DNA of 63,916 nucleotides, the filler included, from Octopus bimaculoides (taxonomy: Eukaryota): NCBI RefSeq assembly GCF_001194135.2. It is 6 parts of 6 records of this genome, joined end to end, with 100 filler letters (N's around TTAATTAATTAA, not from the genome) between each part and the next. Parts side by side here need not be neighbours in the genome. Positions count along the whole stretch, not along the records: positions 1 to 13,763 come from NC_068984.1; 5 more parts are not named here. One strand, written 5' to 3'. The position numbers and the translations under genes were made by a program. Shown piece after piece: positions 1 to 13,094 of this stretch (positions are counted from its first letter, which is position 1; each line of letters opens with the position of its first letter). A model generated the notes under the pieces. That model searched no databases and was not told where the DNA came from. It was given only the letters and a program-made list of their open reading frames with translations.

Positions 1-23
1 ATATATATATATATATATATATA

Positions 24-490
24 GGCGTAGGAGTGGTTGTGTAGTAAGTTGCTTGCTTACAAACTACATGGTTCCGGGTTCAGTCCCACTGCGTGGCATC
101 TTGGGCAAGTGTCTTCTACTATAGCCTTGGGCCGACCAAAGCCTTGTGAGTGGATTTGGTNNNNNNNNNNGTCTTCTACTATAGCCTTGGGCCGACCAAA
201 GCCTTGTGAGTGGATTTGGTAGACGGAAGCTGAAAGAAGCCCATCGTATATATGTATATACATATATATGTATGTGTGTATATGTTTGTGATTTTGTGTT
301 TGTCCCCCCAAAATCGCTTGACGACTTATGCTGGTGTATTTATGTCCCCGTAGCGGTTTGGCAAAAGAGACTGATAGAATAAGTACTAGAAAAATTACTA
401 AGCTTACAACGGATAAGTCATGGGGTCGATTTGCTCGTCTAAAGGCGGTACTCCAGCATGGCCACAGTCTAAAACTGACTAGTAGACAAT
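24..490 (+). mobile_element. tRNA-derived SINE, family A
   Basis: Pol III A-box-like GTGGTTGTGTAG and B-box-like GGTTCAGTCCC head, internal TA/TG microsatellite, and a tail shared with several other copies in the window. Confidence 0.8.
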
Positions 491-723
491 ACACAGCTAC
501 ACATGAATAAATCATTAACTCTGTCTGTCTTGTTTTGATTGGTCAGTCATATATGATGTCACTATGACACCATGAACACTTCAAAATTATATCTTCAATC
601 ATATAAACCACTTCAAATATAACTTTAGCAAGTTTAAAGTAATTTTTTTTTGTGCCATAAACCATTTACCATTTCTTTGATGCCCTAAGCATGTACTTAT
701 TTTGCTTAATTGTTAATCCAGTG

Positions 724-768
<45 letters not shown>

Positions 769-1602
769 GCAACAAACCATTTAAACTTTTCCTACTTAAC
801 TTCATTCTTCTTTCTTTTGTCTTTTTATCCACCTCTTTTACCAGAAGATTTTGAAGTTCATGAAATTTATTGAACTTTTTACTCTTTATTAGATGGGGAA
901 ATATTTTTCTCTTTCTACACAAAATACCCTCTGGAGTTTATAGCTTAGCTCCGTAAACTAATAAAATACTTATCCAATATTAATGATGTTGCCTATGGCA
1001 GTGAAATGCACATCTATGCTGTACCTATTTTACGAATAGGTGAATTAGGTCAGAGATAGTTTAGTGACCCTGCTAGGAACAAATTGTTTTCCTGGCTGTC
1101 ATCAATGAGATACAAACTATTGATCCTCTGATTAACAATCTCACATCCAAAGATTCATATTTGCTACATCAGTTTTAACTGAAGATACATCATTGAATGA
1201 AACCTGGCAAGATAAAGAAATATAGATCTCGCTATGAATTTCTAAAATCTTACTTTACTCAGTTTATATATTTGGAGAGTTTTGAGCTTCCTTTGATAAC
1301 CAAATTATTTGGTCTTCCAATAAACTTGACATATGGTGATGTCAATTAAGCCATAATTCAGTTTCTGTTGGATTGTTGTTTTAAACTGATCATTACAAGC
1401 TTTGTAAGGCCATCTAGTGACTAGTTTCTCTCTCTCTCTTTCTTTTTTCTTTCTTTCTTTCTCCAATACATCACATGAAAAACAGAAAAAAAGAATTATT
1501 AAAAAATTGTTTTCTGAAAGAGAAATATAAAATAAGAAAGTGTTATCATTTAAACAATTTTTATTGTTAATTATATTTATAACTGTCCTTTTTTTTTTCT
1601 AG

Positions 1603-1830
1603 ATGAATGAAAGAAAAGAAAAAGAACGCTTGAAAAAGCAACAAGATGAAGATGATAATGCTACTGAAATAGCTAATTGCATACATGGAGATATTCTCAC
1701 AGAAAACCCTGTTGTAGCCCAAAGTGGTTTTGGGGTCCATCGTGTAATTCCAGACAGATGGAAAGGCATGAATCCACAACAACTTGCAGAAATACGAGAT
1801 ACCCAAAAACGACAATGTATTGAAAATAGG
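1603..1830 (+). CDS. RIBC2: RIB43A-like coiled-coil protein (RIBC1/2 family), internal exon
   Basis: Polypyrimidine tract with AG at 1601-1602 and GTAATG donor at 1831; 76 codons, phase 0-0. GDILTENP...GVHRVIPDRWKGMNPQQL matches the RIB43A motif L(S/T)ENP...HRV(V/I)PDRWKGM. Confidence 0.92.
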
Positions 1831-2564
1831 GTAATGCTTTCTATTTTTTCTTTGTCTTTCTTTTTTTTATTACTCTGTCGCACATATAAACTAGTTTGAA
1901 ATCTACTGGATAGACAAGTCAAGTTTAGTGTTTTTAGGTGACAGTCAATCATGTCAAAACAAAAGTAACTCAAAGCAAAAATTCAAGTATTTTATTTTAG
2001 TTATTGTAATAGGATGAGTAGCTGAAGCTTTAATGTTAATCAGCATGCAGTGCAGAAAGTTGTTCTTACTTTACCCGAAAGTTGATTGTAATTTTAGTAA
2101 ATTTTGATGGTATCTCTGGTTGAGCTTGTAGTCAAGGAAATGTTTTGAATTCTTCTCACATCATTTTTTTTCTGGATGACAACTAACTAGATGGCAGTAT
2201 AACTGCATGACACTTAGCATGGCCAATTAGCAACCAAAGTGACTGGGGCATTGGGGTTCAGTCAATAAGAGGTATAATAGTTTTTACTGTGTTGTTTAGT
2301 TTCAGGTCATCCCTGATTGAGCCATGATAACTCCAACATTTTTTCGTTTCAAGATTCACTTTGGTAAAAACAGAAAAAAATGGATTATGGTTGGAATATT
2401 TTTTTTACTTTATCAATTATACTAGGCAATTAAACAACAATTTATACCCTTCTCTGACTAACCTCCAGTGGTCTTGACACTTGCTGTTAGTTGGTCAAGT
2501 TAGTTGTTGTCCTATTACACTGCCACCTTATTTGGCTGTTATCCAGTTGTCCTGGAACTATAGT

Positions 2565-2885
2565 CAGTGGCATAGCTAATAGGGTAGCAAAGGGAGCAAT
2601 CAACCCCACCACCACAGCACATTTTACAAAATTGACGCCTTTTCAACAATTTCTTAAAACTCTTTAGTTAGCTATATCAGTAGTTGTAAGTTTCATACAT
2701 AATGACACTGTTACTGAAACATGAAATTAATAAATGTAGAATACAATTATGTATTTCATAGCTAATGAAATATTTCATGTAATACAAGAGAAACGAGTTA
2801 AAAATTGTTTGGTATGTGTGAGACTGCACCTTTTTTCTTTTAATGTGTTTGCTCCCCTTAACAATAGAACCTGGCTATACCTCTG
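2565..2885. mobile_element. Possible decayed hAT-like MITE
   Basis: Imperfect terminal inverted repeats: CAGTGGCATAGCTA versus reverse complement CAGAGGTATAGCCA. No target-site duplication (TSD) recognisable. Confidence 0.3.
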
Positions 2886-2954
2886 CATACAGGAGTGGTG
2901 CAAATGAAGAATGGTTAGTAAATGGTTCACAAATTAACAAGGAATTTTGATCTG

Positions 2955-3170
2955 TTGGTGAAGTGGGAAAATCGTTAGCATGCCAGGCGAAATGCTTAGT
3001 GGCATTTCATTCTTCTTCACATTGTGAATTCAAATTCTGTTGTGATTGGCTTTGCCTTTCATCCTTTCAGGGTCAATAAAATAAGTACCAGTTGAGCATT
3101 GGGGTTGATGTAATCTACTTACCATTTCCCCTAAATTGCTTGCTTTTGTACCAGTATTTGAAACCAATGT
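2955..3170 (+). mobile_element. tRNA-derived SINE, family B (CORE-like)
   Basis: B-box-like GTGAATTCAAATTC followed by GCCTTTCATCCTTTCAGGGTCAATAAAATAAGTACCAG, recurrent in the window. Confidence 0.7.
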
Positions 3171-4199
3171 TAAGATAAATTTTTCTTGCACAACAATGAA
3201 CAAATGTCTTTAAAGAAGTGTCTAATTTAAATTTAACTGCATTTCATCTTTCAGTACATGCATTTATACTCTCCAACAAAATACATTAATGTTATGTGCT
3301 GGCTGTCTTTTAACTCTGCAGCTAATCATTGATAGTTTTTTTAGACTTTTTTTAAAAGCTTCTATTTAGTCTTCCATTAAAATATCATAATTTATCTTTA
3401 AGTTTCTTTGAGTTCTTTATATAAGTTTTCACTATTTTCCTTCTGCTCTTCACAAGGTCTCTCTTTGACAAAACTTGAAACCATAGCTCTAACCTCAAAT
3501 AAAATAAGGCTTTGTGCTTCACATGATCCTTTTAAACCTTTATGCTAGGGTGCTTTCTTTCATAGGCATTTTCTATAGAATTTCTCAATGATACAACAGA
3601 CTTGATAAAAAGGATCCTTTCTTTATAAATCAGTTATGACAGTGTAACTTCAAGCCCATTACATTTGATTATATTCTCCAGTCAGTCTCTCTATGCTGTG
3701 GCTTTGCAAAGTACTTATGTAAATTATTTTCTTTTGTATTCAATACCTAGTTGACATAATTTCTATGAAAATGTTCAGGTCTTATGTAATATCAAATAAA
3801 CTCTTGTTCAATCGCCTCAAAGCTTTTTTGCTGTAGAGGAAATATGTGGCTACAGGATGGCACTGGAAAGAGATAAAAATAGTGCCGATGAGGTATTAGG
3901 GGAGACCCTCATGGTATGAGATGAGCAGAAGTGAGTGAGGACAAATGAACAGAAAGTGGGATGCATAAATGTTGCATGAGTGTATGAGAGATGTTTAGAA
4001 ATAGGGAATGGGTGAGAGGGTGAATATAATGAAGAACAAGTGTTGAGGGATAAGTAGGGAAGAGTAGGTGACAACTGTAGAAATTGGGTAGAGTTGAAGA
4101 TTAACTAGTGATGCACATGATTTGGGGGTGGGGAAGTAGGTGAAAGGAGATAATTGACAGTGCAGAAAAAAGGTGGGAGGACGAAGAGCAGCAGAATAG

Positions 4200-4330
4200 T
4201 AATAATAATGAGGATTTCAAATCCTGGCACAGGACCAGCAATTTTTGAGGGGAGGGGGAAGTCGATTACATCCACTGCAGCACTTGACTGGAATTTATTT
4301 CATCAACCCTGAAAGGATGAAAGGAAAACT
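4200..4330 (-). mobile_element. SINE family B, 3' part
   Basis: Reverse complement of the family B core (...CCCTGAAAGGATGAAAGG on +). Confidence 0.6.
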
Positions 4331-4389
4331 GTAGATGTATGTAGAACATAATCCTGGGTTTGGTTAAAAAAAGAAACAGAGAGCCTAAT

Positions 4390-5120
4390 TATAGTAGCTC
4401 AGGATCAAATGATAAAAACAAACAACTTGAGGAAAAATGTATGTGGGGAGAATGTGTCGGAAAAATGTAGAATCTGTGGAACTTGGAACAAGACAGTAGC
4501 ACACATTGTTGCAGAATGCCCCTAGTTGGTGCAGGAAGGATATAAGAAATGGAGGCATGACCTAGTTGTGAAAGTTTTGCACTAGAAGTTTTGGGGGCAC
4601 ATGGTATGAACATTGGGTCAAAAGAGTGCTGGAGTTGGAGAATTGTAAGATTTTGTGGGACTCTCCTATTCAAATAAACAAAAAGCTAGAAAATAATAGA
4701 TCAGCCATATCAGTAACAGACAAGGAAGCGTGAAGTTGCCTACTAATTGATTCATCATGTCCGTTTGATATCAGGATTGTAAAGAAAGAAGATGAAACAC
4801 ACACACACAAAAAAAAAAATACAATCCCTTAAAATTTGAAATTGTAAGAATTTGGAATATGAAAATTATTAAGGTTGTGCCTGTAATAATTAATGCATTG
4901 GGAACAGTAAGTAAAGATATAGACAAATGGTTGAAGGAGATTGGAATAGAATGTCCTGTAGAGCTTCTACAAAAAGTTTGCCTATTAGGGACAAGAAAGA
5001 TTGTCAGTAGAGTCTTAAGCATTTGAAAGACTATTGAAAGATTGTGAAAACCTAAGCTTACAGGTAGTAACCCACTACCCACATAAATTCTACCAAGTTT
5101 ATGAACAAGTTTGAGTCAAT
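4390..5120 (+). mobile_element. Dong/R4-like (RLE-type) non-LTR retrotransposon, decayed 3' end
   Basis: Broken translation shows a C-x2-C...H-x4-C finger (CRICG...HIVAECP), then ILWD and LLID...KY..LKFEIVRIW...VPVII.ALG of the restriction-like endonuclease region. Followed by (AAT)n. Confidence 0.75.
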
Positions 5121-5124
5121 AATA

Positions 5125-5265
5125 ATAATGATAATAATAATAATTCTTTCTACTATAGGCATAGGGTCTGAAATATGTGGGAAGGGGTAAATTGATCACA
5201 TCAACCCCAATACTTGACTGGTACTTAATTTATTGACCCTGAAAGGATGAAAAGCAAAGTTGACC
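5125..5265 (-). mobile_element. SINE family B, 3' part
   Basis: Reverse complement of the family B core. Confidence 0.6.
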
Positions 5266-5286
5266 ATTGTTTTGAGAGAGAGAAAT

Positions 5287-5323
<37 letters not shown>

Positions 5324-5644
5324 GATATATAGACAGATAGATAGGTAGTTAGAGAGATAGCTATATAGACAATCAGGTAGGTAGGAAAGGTAGTGTTGTC
5401 ACCATAGTAACCGACACATTTTGATTTAAAATAAATGCAGGAATTTTATGTGTAAGTCTGTCAACACAGTGCATCACATTTCAAAAAAAGACTGTATGTA
5501 TAAGTATATGATATATATGGTTTTTTGTTTTCGTTGTGTGTGTGTGTTTGTATCTTTCAACATAAAGACAAACAAAAACTTTAAAGAAAAGACTTTTACT
5601 TTGAACAATTTATGAAGGTATAACAAATACTTTTACCAGTAGTG

Positions 5645-6000
5645 CATCGACAGGCAACGTCCTAGTCATAATAATAATGATATTAAAAATACAAAGATCT
5701 GGAAATAGAGGTAACTTGAATGTGGAGTCTAAAAACAGAAACAATTCCTATCAGTAGGTGCATTAGGTATGATAAAAGACATTCAGACAAATACATAACA
5801 AAAACACCAGGACTAACAAGTATATATAACATACAGAAAATAGCATTACTAGGCACCGCACACATCCTACGTAAAACACTTTCAATACAGTAAAAATAAG
5901 AGCATCACAACAAATCACAGCACACACCCAAGGCACACAGAGCTGCACTCGGTAGTGCAGTGAAAGCACATGACAAAAATAAAGCTACTGAATAATAATA
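5645..6000 (+). mobile_element. Dong/R4-like LINE 3' end
   Basis: KYKDLEIEVT*MWSLKTETIPI.VGALG...IQKIALLGTAHILRKTLSIQ; 3' UTR ending in (AAT)n. Same family as 44020, 47943 and 60183. Confidence 0.85.
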
Positions 6001-6329
6001 ATGATTTCTTTATTAACATTAGGGTTTACATTAAGAAAAATATTATGGACAGTACAGTACAAAACAAAGAATGTGTGTGAGACTGTTTGTTGTGAAGGTT
6101 TTGCATGTAAACAGGACAAAATTTTAAAAAATCAATGTGTGATCCTCAATAGGGCGGAAACGTTCAAGGGCTGCTCATGGGGAAAACCACATAAAAAAAT
6201 CATGGGTGCCCTGACTTTTGGGGCAGGTGTCTTTTTTTGCTTTCTTTTTCTTTTTTTTTTTCAACTAAAGGCATATGCTCAGAGCAGGCCCATTCACCCA
6301 CACCATTCTTATGACTTTCATCCACCTTT

Positions 6330-7560
6330 CAACAAATTGGCTAGAAGACAATGCTTCCCTCTCTATCCTTATTTTCCTTTTCAAGTGAAACTTGAAGAAA
6401 TTGATCAGTGATTGACCAAAGAGAAAAGTGCTTGTCTTCAGCCCCTACAATCTTGTCCACCATACAACCTCTTTCGCCATGGCCACCAGGCATATAAACA
6501 CAGCCTTTTCTTTTCAGTTAAAGGAAGGCAGTGGAGTAATCTTCACGATGGAGTCATTTGGCAGTTGGATCCATCCCTACGTGTGACAGCAGGTGTTCGA
6601 CATAAACCCACAGGTCAGCAACACTGGATGAGTGCATGCAGGACTGTCTTGTTGTCCTATGTGCATCTTGGACATGCTTAGATGATGGCACTTCTGTGCC
6701 TGTAAAGTTTATCTTGAACAGGCAAAGCTCCCCTGTAGCACTGTTAGACCAGAGGGTTTTGCAAATTATCCATCAGTTCCGGGCCGAAAATTCTCCAGAA
6801 AAGAGCAGCTAGTTGATCTTCGACATCTAAGGTTTCGTCAAGAATGTTGTCACACCTTTTCTCCACTAATCATCTATAAAAAGCTAAAGTAGACACTCTA
6901 CCTATTGTAGTGTCCAATTGAATGGGGGCTGTGAGTGCTTGAAGACATTCCACTTTCCAAATGCTTCCCCTCGGTCTCTGTTTTACCCAGGACTGCAGCT
7001 CCATTAAAGAAACTAGCTGCAGAAATATGACTGGCAAATGGTGACCACATCTGTTCACCATCAAGGAAGCACTGGAGATGTCATAGCCTCAGCGCATGTC
7101 TGCACATCATCAACCACGGCATGGCCTGGCAACCAGTCAACGGGTGTTGACAGCAGATAGACTGCCTGACCACTGGCATGTGTTCCTTCCACAAGAAGTG
7201 GAAGAGTATATGCTCCAGCATAATCAGACGGTGTCCAGGCCAAGGCATGACGGTCAGGCGATAGTAGATGACAGATGTGATATACATGTTAGCTACCTCT
7301 GCCTGACATTTCAGGGATAGCTTTCTCTCAGTCCATTTCTGGGTGAGAGTAGTCACTCTGTTCATTATCTTATCTCAGTTTTTGTCCATCTGGAGGTGTG
7401 TCTGTCTGTCCAGCACCCATGCCCTGGGTTATTGAACAGGTGACCCCGCATCCAAGGTGACCCCAGATCAAGTACATTCATGCTGCCTATTCTGTACATG
7501 ACCATGTTGTCGGAAAAAGAAAGAAAAGGAAAACTTACTTGGTTTTGTTTGGAGAGGCAG
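6330..7560 (-). mobile_element. L1/Tx1-clade LINE remnant (post-RT region and C-terminal zinc knuckle)
   Basis: LSLKCQAEVANMYITSVIYYRLTV.P...LFHFLW...V.RQSICCQHP...ALRL and TVLHALIQC; frameshifted. Confidence 0.65.
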
Positions 7561-8364
7561 ATTGCCCACTCCTCCTGTTAGCTTGGGGTGTTTCCAACAG
7601 TAAATCACCAGGAGTTCTCTTGGTGATATTCCCTAGAAAATCTCTGATTTCCTATGGGAAGTGGGTTTTTAAGTGTGTGCATGTGTTTTTTGAATGATTT
7701 GTATGTGTGCAGGTAGGGAGAATGTGGGTGCGACAAAATCTTTTGGTATAATGTTTGTGTTATTATGTACTTCATTAATTCATTGTTTTTTGTGTTTATT
7801 GCCATAATAATAATACAGTATACAAGGAAGGAGAAGGAATAAGAGAGAGAGAGAGAGAGAGGAGGAATGATGACATGTGATTAGGTAGGTTTTAAGAGTG
7901 TGGGGCAGGCATAGTTAATGGAGAGGAGAAACATATAGAGGTGGAGGTGGGGTAATTTGATAGTTCAGGAAGCCGATCAATGTAAAATGTGGGTGAAGAA
8001 GACAGTAGTAAGAATGAAAGATGTCAACAAAAGAAATGTTTACTGATAATAAGGATAAGTGGTATCAGGGGAAAACTGAAGCATGCAGTTCTGCTCACAT
8101 TTAATTACAGTAGCAGAATAATGTAGGGAGATGATGGGAAGAAATTGAGTGATGGGTTCAGTGGCAGTGATGTATCAGGATCTCAGTTGCACCAAGGTAG
8201 GTGGGGCTTTTTGAGGACTGCATATTGCCAATCATCCTGGTCCTCCATCATGTCTTCCATGAGGTCCTTAGATCAGCCTTCACCAGTTTGTTGTATTTGT
8301 TTGTAAGAATATTTTTGAATGAAAATAATTTTCAACCATTATGTTTTCAATATTTTGATTGCAG

Positions 8365-8613
8365 AGAAAGAGAGACGAAGAAGAAAAACTAAACAAAAAC
8401 TGGGATAATATTCGAGTAGCACAGGCCAGATCTGGTATACTTGTAGAACGAGAACTAAATCGGAACCAGAGGGATTGTCTTCAACAGCTAGCAGATGAGA
8501 ACCGAAGACTTGCTCAAGAACAGAAAGCTCATCAAGAGTTTTTAAGTAAAGAAGTGTATACTAACCCTCCAACAGCTGCCTACTTTATGCAATTCAATAC
8601 AACTTCCAGATAA
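8365..8613 (+). CDS. RIBC2: RIB43A-like protein, terminal coding exon
   Basis: TTGCAG acceptor at 8364, phase 0, in frame with the 1603-1830 exon. Ends EVYTNPPTAAYFMQFNTTSR-stop, the conserved RIB43A C-terminus. Confidence 0.92.
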   Translation, partial: RKRDEEEKLNKNWDNIRVAQARSGILVERELNRNQRDCLQQLADENRRLAQEQKAHQEFLSKEVYTNPPTAAYFMQFNTTSR

Positions 8614-8657
8614 CATGCTAATATATTTATTTTAGATATTTTGGGCACTTTATAAAC

Positions 8658-8663
8658 AATAAA
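8658..8663 (+). terminator. Candidate polyadenylation signal of the RIBC2-like gene
   Basis: AATAAA 45 nt after the stop codon; a second AATAAA at 8708-8713. Confidence 0.45.
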
Positions 8664-10101
8664 AAAAGTGTTTAGAATTTCTAGAAATGTATCAAATGCA
8701 TCTGCAAAATAAAGACATGAAAAACAATTGCTATGTATCATGAATAATTTAACCAAGTTTTATATAGTAATATATTAAACGAAAAGGTTTCTTCAGGATA
8801 TAAACTGAATTTTGAAATAGTGTGTCTCTAATTTTTTCTTTCTGCCCCACATACATGCATGCAGCACATTCCAGTACATCAATATCATCACCATTGTCAA
8901 CCCTAGAGTTGTATAAAGTTAATGCTTAATTAATTTTGCTTTCTGTTGTCTTTTCTTTTATCCTGCTGTTATAAATTGAACTAGTATTCTTTGCTTGTTT
9001 TCTTTATTGGTTCATTCTTTTCTTTGTCACATCTCTTGTTTATTTCTGTATGCCTAAACCACCACTAACTTGTATTCTCTAAGTTTACAATGTTTATGCA
9101 CAAAGTCATTTAATTGCAACAACATAGGACTTTATAGAAAAATGAACTCTGCAAATTCTATCATTGAAGTGATTCAAACAACCAGTTATAATCTGGAAGT
9201 TCCATTTAATAAATTACCAATGACTAATAATGAACTCTTTGATGATAACATAACATTAAGAATTCATCAAAGGCCACAGCTTTTAAGAGAACTTTTGCTA
9301 AGCCCTTTTGATACCAACTTGTCTGAGTTGCCCTTGGCTCTGATACAAATTTCTTGATTTAAAGAAATCTAAATTTCATGTTAATTTGTGTTCCAGACAT
9401 TTGCATATTAATGACAGTTATTTTACTATATTCTTTGTTATTTTCAAAATTAATCAAAACAAAGGCAGTATACTTCAACAGAAATATGGTAACAAAAGGG
9501 ATAAATTAGGAATAAAGAATTTTGTTTATTAAGGAAAAAAATGTGGTATCAAATATTTGCCTAGTATTTCTAACAGAAATACTTTGAACAATAAGTCCTA
9601 ATATACAAAAAGACAGAGATAGAAAGGATTTGATCGTAGGCTTTCTTGATCAGGGTTAACTCAGAAGAAAGAAATACCCTCCAAACTGTTGGTGTTATTG
9701 CTGTGTATATGTGTGACTAAAGCTGATGCTAACATATAAGCAGTGAAATTTTTAAATGATGTGGTGCCTTTCATCAACATTTAGATGCATTCTGAAATGC
9801 CAGAGTTATATTTAATGCAAGGAATGTTAAAAATCTAACTAGAAATATATTTTTAGTGAGGCAAAACACAATATCAGTGACTAAAATTACTTGTATTTAT
9901 CAGGCAAGAATTTACTCAACTCTGGAGATGTTTCAATATTATTCTGATCTCATCAGCAAAGCATAATTTTCACACTGTACTTGTAGAAATAGCCAAGAAA
10001 GATTCACTAGAAATTATTCAAATCTTGTAAGATAGAAATTCTTAACTATGTCGAATTAAGTGTACTGCCCAACAGAATATTTACTATAACTTAAAATTTA
10101 C

Positions 10102-10206
10102 AGGATGCTGCTTGGTGTGATGGTTTTCTCTAGAAGCATCCTTGTGTAGAGTTTGTTGGTGTGAGTATGTACATGGTTGAGTATCCAAGGTTGTATATTT
10201 TCATAT
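10102..10206 (-). CDS. Candidate exon of an unidentified minus-strand gene
   Basis: Strong acceptor TTCCCTTTGCAG and donor GTAAAT; 105 nt, with only the phase 2-2 frame open (YENIQPWILNHVHTHTNKLYTRMLLEKTITPSSI). No homology confirmed. Confidence 0.3.
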
Positions 10207-10929
10207 CTGCAAAGGGAATATAATGCAAGTCTTTTTATGACTATGATAAATGCATAGCCAGAGAAGCTACTATAAAACAAAACCATGTGGTGACCTATTG
10301 TAATATACTCTGTGACACAGGGAGCCTGTAAATTATCAGTTTGTTGTCCATAAATAAGAAAAAACCCCACAAAATGAGTTATAGGGTGGTTAATTTTTTT
10401 TTTACATATCATTGAGAAGTGTATTACTAGTTATAGCATATAACTAGTCAGAATGGTTGTGGAACAATCTGAGCCATATCTGAATGGAAGTAGATGATGC
10501 AGACTCTTGGCGGTGAGTCATTCTTAAAAATTCACATAATCCGGGTACTTTTCTCAACACAAAAAGCAAATTTTTAGATGCTGCCATCATGAGTGAAAAT
10601 TTGTTTTCACAATGTTGTCAGGTTTATCCTGGGACAAGGGACATGAATGCGTACATACATACATATATACAAACAGGCTATGCGCTTCACCTACACATAA
10701 CCACAGTTTATGAGCTTCAGCCATGGCTTCAACCAATCCATGGGAGATAGCTATTCTTTTCCTCAGAAAAATGTACAATTTTTCACCGTACTTCATTTCA
10801 TTTCTTTTCACCAACACCAAGCAACATACGTATCTCTAGTATAAAAGAGGCTTTTACCTAAGTGCAGCAGTCAAATAATACCATTCTGATTATGTACATG
10901 CCATAACTAGCAATATACTGCTCAATGAC

Positions 10930-11050
10930 CATCATCATCATTTAACGTCTACTCTCCATGCTGGCATAGGTTAGATGGTTTGACTAGAGCTGATGAGCCA
11001 GAGAGCTGCACCAGGTTCCAGTCTGATTTGACATGGTTTCTACAGCTAGA
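10930..11050 (-). mobile_element. RTE-type 3' tail, diverged
   Basis: (CAT)n followed by TTTAACGTC...CCATGCTGGCATAGGTTAGA, similar to the copies at 15199 and 19137. Confidence 0.55.
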
Positions 11051-11051
11051 A

Positions 11052-11084
<33 letters not shown>

Positions 11085-11847
11085 TTCTTTTACATGTTTC
11101 AAGCCTAAGGCTGTGGCCATGTTGGAGCACCGCCAATATATTTATACATAAGTGAGTTTAGAGGGATATATTAACTGGGTGGATACTGCAGTATCTCTGA
11201 TTTGCTCCCGGTTAAAGCTAACTGCATCAATTAGTCTTTAACATCTATGACTACTAGGACTTGTCACTCATGCTGTAAATTCCTGACTGACAATTCCATG
11301 TTTGCTTCACTGGATGGTAGCATTATAATGGCAGAGAATATAGAGACTAGTACATCCTCAAAATTTATTTCGTTTTATTTTACAATGCCATACAGCATAT
11401 TTTCATGGTCACCAAAAACTTCTAAATCTGGATATGATAAACAAAAATGGAAAGAAGCCTGTCATTCATATACATATATACACTGCATGATGTTCAGTTG
11501 GAGTGTTGGGGGAAATATTTCCTGGGTGTTTGATCTATTTATGGGGAGACATAGGGTGGCCGGCAAGGTCACTGGATTTAAGTCCTTGTGACTTTTTCCT
11601 TTGGGGATACTTAAATGAAAAGGTTTTCTGATGTTGTTCTTGAACACCTGAGGATTTAAAGGAAAGGATCAGAGAGGAAATTGACACAATTCCTCCCTGA
11701 GATGACAAGGAGAGTCATGTAAAGTGGTTGGCATTTGGAAGGGTATCTAGCTGTAAAAATCATGCCAAAACTGACCTTGCCATTGCTGGTGCTACATAAA
11801 AAGCACTCCTAGCATATAAAAAGCAAAACTGAGCATGTAAAAAACAC

Positions 11848-12416
11848 AACCTAGCATTAACTCTCCATATTCCATTCTGTGGTCACAGTCTTCACGTTTT
11901 AGCTCGTGCATGTAATGGGGTTTCCATGGATGGAAATTCAATTCTTTATACAACCCCAAACATATTGTGTGTCTTGTTAGTCCACTTTTACAAACTGCTT
12001 GATGTGTTGATTTTTGAGGGCTGCACAATTAAACATCTCCTGCACTGTTGCCACGTTCTCCGCTGATTGGGATGTGTTTGGATGGCTACTTCTTGCATCG
12101 TTCACAGAACCTGTGGTCATCAGCTTTGCATGACAACTTTTTATAATCTCTGGACATAGTGTTGCATGCTTACTTTTCCATGCATGCCACCATCTCTGAA
12201 ACAAAACAACAGAATTTCACACTTCATAGTGTGCTGCTATCTTAGCTTGCTCCTGAACAGTCAAGCGACTGGTCATCTGGAAAATAAGAAATAAGACAAT
12301 AAGGAAATAAATCCCCATTAGTGTTGTCTGTTTAAAAGATATTCTCGTCATGACTTCAGTGATACTAAAAATTCTATAAATAATTTCTGATGCCTAGTTA
12401 CTTTCCACCCACTCTG
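11848..12416 (-). mobile_element. Tc1/mariner-superfamily element, 5' end with transposase N-terminus
   Basis: TA|CAGAGTGGGTGG terminus at 12416. Fragments TGSVNDARSS.P.TSQSAENVATVQEMF..SPQKSTHQA...KELNFHPWKPHYMHELK.ED..HRMEY are typical of mariner-like HTH regions. Confidence 0.65.
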
Positions 12417-12515
12417 TATATAAAATTTTGCTTGGGCATAGTGATATTGATAACCTAGTATTAGAACTCAATATAATGTAATGATTACTTAATTCTTGCT
12501 CCCTTGTCATTTAGT

Positions 12516-12546
<31 letters not shown>

Positions 12547-12731
12547 AAATATCCTTTTACCTGCACCTATTTATTGCACTTGGTAAAAACACTAGTGTAA
12601 TAATAATTGGGTATCCTTCCACAGTATACTGGATAGATATTATCCCTTAGTGGGTTGGATTCACAACCCCTAACTTTCTTGGATTATATATATATATATA
12701 TGTATGTGTGTATGTATATTTATAATATATA

Positions 12732-12764
<33 letters not shown>

Positions 12765-12777
12765 GTATGTATATATA

Positions 12778-13090
12778 CAGGGTGGGGTATATAGATCTTT
12801 CACATTTTGAATGGATATAAAAAAAGAACACAACTATCTCGGAAAAAACTGATTATATTTCTAAAAAGCACACAAAAAATCAGACAAATGGCAGCTGTTG
12901 TTGATGGAGTCATTCCCGGAGGTTCTCCATGACCCTCCATGTCAGCTCAGGTGGAATTGCATTGATTTCCTCTCTACAAGATGAGACAGCCACCAAAATT
13001 GGCTGTGCAAAAGTTTTCTGCTACCTCACATAAACCAATCAAGATACAGTCTTTTAAAACAGAAAAATGTCTATAATGGAAATATATTAC
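12778..13090 (-). mobile_element. Mariner-like element, 3' end
   Basis: Terminus TA|CAGGGTGGGG on +; decayed transposase C-terminus on - (EINAIPPE..RVMENLRE). Confidence 0.55.
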
Positions 13091-13094
13091 ATAA

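Noticed and set aside
9070-9357. 95-aa plus-strand ORF downstream of RIBC2
   Set aside because: It starts at TTG, has no recognisable motif, and has competing open frames on the minus strand.
12549-12618. U12-type donor motifs ATATCCTT and GTATCCTT
   Set aside because: No credible exon lies upstream, they are on a different assembly segment from the U12-like acceptor, and such matches are expected by chance.
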